This document shows positions 1 through 8,165 of a stretch of DNA of 64,000 nucleotides, piece by piece; the stretch's first letter is position 1; each line of letters starts with the position of its first letter. The notes below the pieces were generated by a model that saw nothing but the letters and a program-made list of their open reading frames with translations, ran no database searches and had not been told where the DNA came from. This stretch comes from Cyanophora paradoxa CCMP329 (Eukaryota > Plantae > Glaucophyta). The stretch spans positions 1 to 64,000 of the forward strand of contig QPMI01000080.1 in the NCBI GenBank assembly GCA_004431415.1, in the 5' to 3' direction. The position numbers and the translations under genes are program-made.

Positions 1-247
1 ACATTCGGACAGGCGTACGACACTGGAGGCGGACTGGGGACCCCAGCAAACCAACGCGGTTATAACGTAACCCCTCGTTCGACATCATCCGGCGGCAGCA
101 CGGATGTCGATTTCTACGGGGCCAACGTCACGGCGGTGAGTCACACTGGCTTTACAGTTAAAGTGAGATTCCAACCAGAATGACGGTCACGCCACCAAAT
201 TGTCAGCTTTTTATTCATTGGACCGCGATCGGCAAGCTGCTATGTAA
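1..247 (+). CDS. C-terminal part of a fibre/receptor-binding protein (gp53-like or H-type-lectin-like domain), frameshifted
   Basis: Frame 1 reads TFGQAY...DFYGANVTAVSHTGFTVKV; a shifted frame ends IHWTAIGK, matching the 'TF..AY ... GFTV ... W.AIG' pattern of this domain. Confidence 0.55.
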
Positions 248-271
248 TCGATTTTCTGATGCAATCCAAAA

Positions 272-1319
272 ATGTCGGTCGCTGTCCCTCTATTTACCTA
301 TGCTGCCAGCGTGAATCACAAGGGCGATCACACGATTAAGGAGACCACCCTCGGAAACCAGGCCACCGAGGCCCCTACAACGCCACGGCCGTCCCCTTTT
401 CCGAGGCCGACCTCGTCCGCGTCGGCGAGCTGCGCTGCGAACAAGATGCGCACGCGGGAGGGCGGTCGGCCGTGCGGGGCGCGTGAGGACGCAGAGGCTC
501 ACCGTCACGAACGGGCCTGGGACGGGAGCGGGTACACCACGAATCAGGTGACCTTTAATGGACTGTGAACGGGGAGGGGAATGCGGCTCTGTATGTGCAA
601 GGAGGCGGAGCAAACGTGGTGGGGGGCTTAGGGTGAGCGGGGCTTCAAACTTGGCGGGCATCGTACATTGGACGATAAGCTGCAAATTACCGGAACGTCA
701 CGTACATAAATGGCGGTGGTTCAGGCGTAGCTATAAAGTACAACAAAACGATAGACTCCTTGTGGGACTCTTGGCGTTGGTGTTACAGGTACTCTATTTA
801 CCTCGGCAATCGAAGGCCCTACTAATGGCCTAAGCATAGCAACACTTCAATCGTTGATAGCGGAAGCGTCAGCGTCAGCTCTGGTCTATCTTGAGAAACA
901 ACGGCACCGAACGACTGCTGTGCGGAACCGTCGGCGTTGGCTCACGGGTCGGCTCATCGTTCGACGCTCACGGGGCGATGGAAACCGAGCCGTTTATCGG
1001 ATGCTCAAGGATACCTGACAAACTCGTCGAGCGATAGCCGCCTGAAGAAAATGTCGCGAGCATGTCGGGCATTCTCCCTCTTCTGCTGCGCTGAATCCCG
1101 TGTCGTTCACCTGGAAGAACACATCTCGGGGGTTCGAAAACGGATTACGGTCTCATCGCACAGGAAGTCCAAGGCGTCTTCCCGAGTCTCGTTTTCGAGA
1201 ACGGGATGGATTTCTCGGGTAAACTACGACAGGCTCATTTCCTGTCGTTGAAGGCAATTCAGGAACTTTCACAAGAAGTTCAAACTCTCAAAGACCAGGT
1301 AGCGGCACTGGCGAGCTGA
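272..1319 (+). CDS. Viral fibre protein with C-terminal Peptidase S74 intramolecular chaperone domain (several frameshifts)
   Basis: Joined frames give GYLTNSSSDSRLKK(N)V...LNPVSFTWK...DYGLIAQEVQGVFP...VNYDRLI..LKAIQELSQEVQTLKDQVAAL*, the canonical S74 motifs plus the terminal coiled coil. Confidence 0.85.
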
Positions 1320-1339
1320 TCTGGAACAACTAGGAATAA

Positions 1340-3022
1340 CTACACCGCGAGTATCACAATTCGACCGTTGCCACCGTCGCTGAAAGACGAGCCACCGTTG
1401 CCGCCCTACAATGCCTGCTGCGTAAGTGAGCGTCTCCGCTATTTCCTGCCACCTGGCCGGACCCAGGATACACCGTAGCATCGTCAAGTTTCCTATGTAG
1501 CTCGAGCCACCGCCACCTCCAAACATTCTTGCTATTGGGTTCTCTGACACTCCGCTCCTGCTGGACCAGAGCCTCCACCGAAGTAACCACCACACACCAC
1601 ACCGAACCTGTAGCCGCTTGAATCAGGCCAGTCTCTCCACCTTGGCGCAAAGTTCCGGGTTGCTGGGCTGGCCCTGAGGCCACAACACCGGCTCCGCCAG
1701 CGGTTTGGGTGCCTCCTTGAGCCGGTATCTCTCCGGTTACTCCAACCAACCCAGCCGCACCACCGGTCACCCCCGCTACTCCCCCGCCGCCATTCGAATC
1801 ACATGTACCCCCACTCCGGCCCTGCAACAACCAAGTCGGTCCTGCAACGCGCTGAATTGCAGAACGACCACCACGGCGCCGTTTTTGTACTCCGGATCGA
1901 CGCTATGGCTCAGCCCTTCACCACTCCGTAGACGGTAGCAGTGCAGTCCCGATACACCTTTGGGCGCCGCATCCACAACAAGGATGAGCGTCTCCCCGAG
2001 GACACAGCCAATGTACCAACTACGCAAGCACCCGGCTCACGGACCCCGTACTGCGCGTTCTCCGCCTCCACCCCGGCCGCCATACGATACACGCACAGCC
2101 ACAGTCCCGTTGGTACTACGAAAGTCTGGTCGGCCCGGTGTAGGAGAATGTACCCAAAACAGGAGCGTTTGCAGTTGTTGCACTGGCAGACGAGGACTGA
2201 GGGCCTTCCTCGCGATCTGGTTGACGCCTTGATGGTGTAAGTGTAAGTGGTTCCGTAAACGGTCGTTGTGTCCGAAAGGGGCTGCTCGTGTCGCTGGCAA
2301 GGACACGCCACCCCTGTAGATGTTGTAGGAGACGGTGACGCCCGTCACGGCACCGACCACTCGAGCACAACAGGCTGTGCTGCCCCGCGCGGGGGTTGCA
2401 GTGAGCCAGTGGGCGCCCCGGGTCGTGGTGACGTACGCCGCAATACTCTTCGGCCCTCCCTCCGTGTTCGTCGCGGAGATCTGGTACTCGTACCTGTACC
2501 CAGACGGTGGTCGTGTCGCTGTAGGAGTTGGTCGCGGAGTCTGTGAGGTAGGCCCGTCTCTGTAAATCTTGTATCCGTCGCTCCGTGGACGCAGTCCAGC
2601 TGAGGCTGACAGGCTGCTGCTGGTCGTTGGGTGCTGATGCCGTCACGTTCGTGGGGCGTTTGGCATAGTCCAGACCAGGAGCGGATCGGACTTGTCGTAT
2701 TCGACACCGCCACGATGCCGGCACCTGGTAAGAGTATTCCGTGCCCACGTAAGAGCAGTGCTATCGTCAATGTACGAGGTAGACAGGGCACTGCTCGCAA
2801 ATCCGATTGGCGTACCGTTCCTGTAAATTCGAATCGAGTCCGCGCCTCCATGGCCACCCAGTTGATTGTGACGACTATGGCGGGTTTCGGGAAGCCCGAA
2901 GACGCGGGGCCGCCCCGGCAATAAAATCGCCGTAGGTCTGGGCGTGGCGGTCGTGAGCGTGGTGTAGGCTTCGATCTGCGGCTGAAGCCGCCTATGCCTT
3001 GGAAGAGAATGTAATTGCTCAT
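1340..3022 (-). CDS. Fibronectin type III repeat protein with C-terminal glycine-rich domain (frameshifted)
   Basis: Repeated FN3 motifs (PTNVTASAP, VSLSWTAST, YNIYRGG, GTTYTYTIKA, GTEYSYQV). The C-terminus has GGGGGSSY and ends DGGNGRIVILAV*. Confidence 0.75.
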
Positions 3023-3408
3023 GGCACCTCGTGGGTGTAGAGAAGCGACTGTGCGTAGGTTGTGGGCGGGGCTTTGCCATCAGAGCCCGTGCTGCTGCTG
3101 CCTGTTCGCGAACCGCCGCCACGCGGTAGAGTCGCTGGGCCCCAACTAAAGGAGAGTCCGTGTAGGTGACGGTTGGCGCATTCACCGTGGCCACGAGATC
3201 CAGGGGCCGTTGATGCTGGTCGCCCTGTACACCTTGTACTTGACGGCGTTGGTGACCGCGACCAGTTCAGCTGAAAGCCGTACGTACTGTTCCCGTTGTT
3301 GAGCACGGAGCCCGATCGCACCTGGGCCTGCCACAGTCAGCGAGATCGGCTCCACGCCATACTGCGGAGCCTGCACACCTGCTTTTTCACGAATACGAAG
3401 CGGGGCAT
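3019..3408 (-). CDS. Small single-FN3-domain protein (frameshifted)
   Basis: Starts MPRFVFVKK at 3408; contains FQLNWS..TNAVKYKVYRATSINGPW..ATVNAPTVTYTDSPL....YRVAAV. Confidence 0.6.
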
Positions 3409-3445
3409 TTTCCTCTACGATCCGAAAAAATATCTGCCCGGGTAA

Positions 3446-4130
3446 ATGACTTCCAACTGGTACCAGACCTCAGCGGCTCACTTGACGTTGGCAACAACAC
3501 CAAGGATTTCGCACGCATACCCTCCGGCAGTTACGTCGACGTCTTTCTGCAGAATCCCGTCGTGATTCAGGTCGTTCAGAACGCCTACGCCACGCCCAAG
3601 ATTTATTCCTACCAGCTCTTCTTCGACCCTCTGAGCTCAGCGCAGAGGTTATCGAGCTGCTGCACGAATCAGGACTCGTGAAAAAGGTGGCACCTGCCAC
3701 GGCCACTGCCAACGTCTTGCGCTGTCTCGAGGTCAAGTTCAGGAGACGGGTACGGCCCCACCGTGAACCGGTACCCCAGTTCTTCGAATCTTCCGGGTAC
3801 GGAATTACCAGATGAGGGTACGCTCAAGGGCGACGTGCTCTTCACGAAATTCAATCCAAGTCCCGCGACCCTGGGGGCCCTCTACACGGGCGGCAACCCA
3901 CGCGGCTCGACTCTACCCCGCTTCCCTTCACCTTTTTCAGGTTCCAGGTCTTCCCCTCTCCTACGCCGCCGACCAGCCCCACTTCAGCACGGGCGCCAGC
4001 CTCTGCGCGGAGCTGCGTGAGTGCTCGATTTCCTACGCGTACGGCACCGACGCTGACTCTGTGCCTGGGGCCCGCGTCATGAACATCGGTGGCGACATCA
4101 CCCTCTTTCACGGATAATCTTTCTCATTTG
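3446..4130 (+). CDS. Hypothetical viral protein, paralogue 1 (frameshifted)
   Basis: Joined frames give MTSNWYQT...VDVFLQNPVVIQVVQNAYATPKIYSYQLFFD...ELLHESGLVKKV...LRCLEVKF...DVLFTKF, sharing motifs with the next gene. Confidence 0.6.
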
Positions 4131-4140
4131 AGGTCGCAAA

Positions 4141-4943
4141 ATGCCGACCACCTCGGCCACCATCGTGAAGACCGTGTCTGCCGGCTCGATCGTCCCCGAT
4201 TTCTACGGCAACGCTGGGAACGTGGCCAACGCAGGGACGGACAAGGTGGAGTGGGACGGAAACTACGCCACCCCGCTCACCGTGAGGGTCCAGAATCCCG
4301 TCATGTTGCGCGTCACCTCCAACGATTTCGAGAATCCCGCCTCCTGCTCCGTGTACGTGTACTTTGACATCGACTCGGGCGTGAGCGCGGATGAGGCGGA
4401 GGCGCTCTGGCTCTCGGGCCTCCTGAAAAGATAGAGCCCTCTGTGCCTGATCGGCCCGCCATTCGCGTGCTCGAACTCAAGTTCACCGCTAACACGCCCT
4501 CACTCGCAATTCGGGAATGGTGCGAATCCGAACATCAAAACGCATTTAGATGGCGCCCTCATCGATGCCACACACAAGACCACGCAGGCCGTTCCTTTGA
4601 GATGTACAACCTCTGGAGATGACCGCAAAGGAGATGATGACGAATGCCACACGGGCGGCGCTCGGGTACCGATTATTCATACGGCGCCTCGAATCCCGTA
4701 CCCAGGTCTGGCCCGGCTCCTCTTCACGAAATTCACTTTCAAATTGTACAACAACATCGCCGGAATGCTACCTCTGGAATGGTCGTGGGCTCTACCCTCA
4801 TGGCCGAACTAATTGAGGCAGAGGCGGACTACACGACTGCGACTACCAACTCGACAGCGCCAGGCGCCGGAGCCGAAGTTTACGTGGCCTGGGAAACGGT
4901 CGGTCGCGAGTACGACACCAAGATTCACACCACTAGCGTCTAG
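4141..4943 (+). CDS. Hypothetical viral protein, paralogue 2 (frameshifted)
   Basis: MPTTSATIVK...LTVRVQNPVMLRVTSNDFENPASCSVYVYFD...EALWLSGLLKR...IRVLELKF...LLFTKF...[23 protein letters not shown]. Confidence 0.6.
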
Positions 4944-5296
4944 ACTGGCTAAGCTGCATTAGCACCTGTGTCGCCTCCATCATCTCCCGAATCTCCTCGC
5001 TCTTCTCCTGTAAATTGGCGTACCCCTCCTCTTCTTGCGAATCTCCGACATTGATGCCCAGCGCAGGTTCTCCTCCTGTAGTCCAGCGGGTTGCCGTTGA
5101 TGTGTTCCACGTAGCGTCCACGTGGCGACTTCCCGAGGATCAGTTGGGAGAGGTAGTGCTTGCGCCCTCCAAACGTCTTGCTCACCCTGTCCCTGTCCAC
5201 TCTCCAGGGAAACTCCAAGGCACTCGGGGGTACGTCCGAGTTGACCAGGACGTTGTAGGCGACGTCTTGCGAGTCGGTGCACCGGAGCAGGGCCAT
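4933..5296 (-). CDS. HNH endonuclease-like protein (HNH_3 type), frameshifted, possibly inactive
   Basis: [29 protein letters not shown](E)NLRW resembles the DHINGNxLDNRxxNLR consensus. Confidence 0.75.
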
Positions 5297-5311
5297 TTTG
5301 CCCTAGGTTCA

Positions 5312-5450
5312 GAAAAACCTGGGACTTGGGACTTGGGACTTGGGACTTGGGACTTGGGACTTGGGACTTGGGACTTGGGACTTGGGAAGAGTTGAAACCC
5401 AGGTCCCGGCCCAGACTTTCTCCAGGATCAGAAATTTGTCAGACAAGTCA
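5312..5450 (+). repeat. Repeat module A: 9 x GGGACTT, then GGAAGAGTT and a conserved spacer
   Basis: Perfect heptamers at 5321-5383, followed by gggaagagttgaaacccaggtcccggcccaga. Confidence 0.95.
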
Positions 5451-5762
5451 GGTGAGTTTTTCTACCGACTTTTTTACTCCTACCACTCCTCATACTCTTT
5501 TTTACTCGTAGTCTTTTTTACTCGTAGTCTTTTTTACTCGTATCCCATCTCGTACCCTCCTTCTCTCGACATCTCACACGAAAACTCCTACCCTCTTCAC
5601 ATCCGTTTTCGGTTGCATACTCTCGTGAGCTTTCATGTCCAGTATCATGCTACAAGTCGTACACCAGTTCAGACTCTACCTCGCTTGAAATCTCACCTGG
5701 AATGTCACAGAAACGTCATATGCAGATTTCGTACCCCTCTACATGTCTGCCCGGTGGTTAGG

Positions 5763-5886
5763 GACTTGGCGCGGCAAACTCTCAGATCCAGAGAGATTCT
5801 GGGCCCAGACCCTGAGTCTAACTCTTCCAAGTCCAAGTCCAAGTCCCAAGTCCAAGTCCAAGTCCAAGTCCAGATCGCGCCAAGTC
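5763..5886 (-). repeat. Repeat module B (inverted relative to A): 7 x GG(G)ACTT plus GGAAGAGTT
   Basis: AAGTCC(C) units at 5829-5871, preceded by aactcttcc; the spacer aligns with that of module A. Confidence 0.95.
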
Positions 5887-5940
5887 GTAACTGAATAGTC
5901 GGCCAATTTTTACAAGTATGTACAATGGAATGACGCAATA

Positions 5941-7001
5941 CTATTTACAGCATCTCAAAGTCAGAGTCATCGTCATCGGAAACCAACTCAATGAGGCCTC
6001 GGGCGCCGACTTAAGGGGAATGCGGGGAAGGGACTGCGCTGCCTGCACCAAGTCCTGCGCTCGCGCTCGCGCTGCGCCGCCAAGGCCGCTGCCGCCTCTG
6101 CTCGCGCTGCTGCTGAGCTCGATGCGCGCCTTGAGCTCGGCCGCCTCCTTCTGCTTGCGCTCGGCGATCCGCGCCTTGTTGATCTGGTACTGGACAAGGC
6201 GCTCGTGGCCGCTTGCGCTCCAACTCTTGCGGAGCTCGTTGCAGAGGACGCGCTTCTCAATGGTCTTGACGTGCTGAGTCAGGCGCTCGCTGTAGTGTGA
6301 CGTCACGCGAGAACGGGCAATGCCGGCGCCGAGCTTCAAGTCCTTCTCGTGTGCCTTGGCGGGGTCCTTGACGCGCTCGGAGTTGTCGGTGAATGACGTA
6401 GTCTCCATGAACTTCTTCTTGACGATTGACTTGGTCTTGATAATGCGGCGCTTGCGAGTCGGGTTTTCGTTGTCGCTTCAGAGTCAGAAGACGACTCAGA
6501 GTCGTATGGAATCGGCACGTCAAAGTCGATGAAGTCGTTGATGTCAGACTCGGCGTCAGAGGCCTCGGACTTGGCGTCATCGGCGGGCTGAGGGCGGGCT
6601 CGGCGACGGGCTGAGGGGCAGATGACGACGATGACGGAGGGGGTAATTCGTGAAGACTTGAGGGGGGTAGGCCCAGGCGAGCGTCTCGGCAGCAGACTCG
6701 GCGAAAAGCTTGGGGTCGCCCAGCCGTTGGCGGTCTTGACCCAGCCGGGGACGGGGGCACGTCGACGGGGGGCTCGGGCTTGGGTTGCTTGGACTTGGAT
6801 TTCTTGGCCTTGGACGTGAAGGCGGACTTGGGGAGAAGTTGCACTTCGGGGCCAGTGGCGCGTAAGATGGCATAATTGTAGATGTACCCAGAGCGTCGGC
6901 GCGCTGCTCCATCTCAGGGGTAGCCCTTGAGTGCCACCGGAGTTAGCCCACGTTGCTTGGACAAAGGCGAAGTCCTCGGCAAGCTCAGCGGGAATCGACA
7001 T
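5941..7001 (-). CDS. Hypothetical viral protein with basic/Pro-rich, acidic and coiled-coil regions (frameshifted)
   Basis: Overlapping ORFs 6336-7034, 6257-6844 and 5941-6408 join into one protein: MSIPAELAEDF...KAKKSKSKQPKPEPP...SDAESDINDFIDFD...KARIAERKQKEAAELKARIE. Confidence 0.55.
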
Positions 7002-7458
7002 CTGCGCAAAGGGAAAAGAAATCAGCAAAGGCAAAACGTGAGGTGACTGTGAGGGCGGACTTGTGAAAATTCGGAGAGGCAGGGTTTCCTTGGGCTGAGA
7101 GAAGGCGGCGAACCCGTTTCAAGAGTGAGGCAAAATGGCGGCGGACCGCGGTTTTGTGGGCGAATTTTTTCCTGGGCTAGTTCGCAACGGAAAACGTTGC
7201 CAACTGGCCTGAAAAAGCCAAATTTAGCGTTGGACCGAAGACAGAAAAAGGAGCCGGCCTGACGGAAATTGCCCGAGTGCGTCCGCCGAAGGTCGAGTCT
7301 CGGATGGGGGTACACCTCAGGGGCCCCCCTGGCCCTCACCCTGGTAGTACCCTCTCAAAGGGATTTTCGAAGCCGTACAATTCTTGGTAAGTCTCGTAAT
7401 CCGGGCTGTACCCTCACAATCTGCGGGAGCCCCATTGAAAGCCTCCGTCTATCCTCTC

Positions 7459-7803
7459 TCAATTCCTGCGGAAAAGTCTACGGTCTTCTCGAGCTTCGCG
7501 CGTCACGCCAGCTGGGCGTGGTCTATGATTGTTAGGGTTGTCGTAGCCTGGTCCCACCAGCCTCACGAAATTTTCGCGTATGGCCTCGGGGAGACTCTGG
7601 AAACGGTTCGTTGCGTGGAACTCGATCCATTCATTGAATCGACGCGGATATTGACGGATGACTTCAAGCACGCCCTGTGTGTTGGGCTCTGGTGTTATGT
7701 CGGGAATGTCATGTCCTGTGAGGTGCCAACGCCAGAACTCGCGCAGCCTCTCGAATGCCATATGCAACTCAAAGGGGAAATCGTAATAGAGATTGCCTGA
7801 CAT
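7459..7803 (-). CDS. Hypothetical viral protein (about 114 aa)
   Basis: MSGNLYYDFPFELHMAFERLREFWRWHL... after an AAAAATG start; complex, non-repetitive composition. Confidence 0.55.
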   Translation of the reverse strand: MSGNLYYDFPFELHMAFERLREFWRWHLTGHDIPDITPEPNTQGVLEVIRQYPRRFNEWIEFHATNRFQSLPEAIRENFVRLVGPGYDNPNNHRPRPAGVTREAREDRRLFRRN

Positions 7804-7829
7804 TTTTCTCCCCTCCGAAAATTTCCCGT

Positions 7830-7918
7830 TTTGAGTCCAGACTCTGATTCCAACTCTTCCCAAGTCCAAGTCCCAAGTCCCAAGTCCCAAGTCCAAGTCC
7901 CAGGTCCATTTTTCTCCC
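7830..7918 (-). repeat. Repeat module C (same orientation as B): 6 x GG(G)ACTT plus GGAAGAGTT
   Basis: AAGTCC(C) units at 7862-7901, preceded by caactcttccc. Confidence 0.95.
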
Positions 7919-8033
7919 ATTTCAGTCCGAGATTTTGCCCAAGTCCAAATCCGGGCCGGGATTCGAACCCTCGTTTTCGGTCGATTTCACGCGTGAAAAA
8001 CGCACTTTTCGGCCTTTTCCGATTTTTCCTTTC

Positions 8034-8165
8034 TCGCGATCGCAGAAATGCCCCCGATCTCGAAATCGCGATCGAAAAGGGTCGCGATCGGGAGAAAGTC
8101 GCGATCACCAGGGTCGCGATCGGGTCGCGATCGCCGCGATCGCCAGCCTCGGAGGGGGTACCCCC
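8034..8165. repeat. Cluster of 7 (T/C)CGCGATC boxes ending in the palindrome GGGGGTACCCCC; probable terminal region of the element
   Basis: Copies start at 8034, 8066, 8082, 8099, 8114, 8125 and 8134; the 12 bp palindrome is at 8154-8165. Confidence 0.85.

Noticed and set aside
1-1319. Diversity-generating retroelement acting on the fibre tip
   Set aside because: No reverse transcriptase and no template/variable repeat pair in the window.
5321-5383. True telomere or chromosome end
   Set aside because: Short, internal and part of a three-copy composite module; no long terminal array.
5326-5938. ORFs with LGLGTWD, QVQVQV or WTWTW repeats
   Set aside because: These are simply translations of the DNA repeats.
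7953-7975. tRNA remnant or Pol III B-box (GGTTCGAATCCC on the minus strand) as an att site
   Set aside because: No acceptor, D or anticodon arms and no convincing A-box; a similar isolated motif near 9245 also does not fold.
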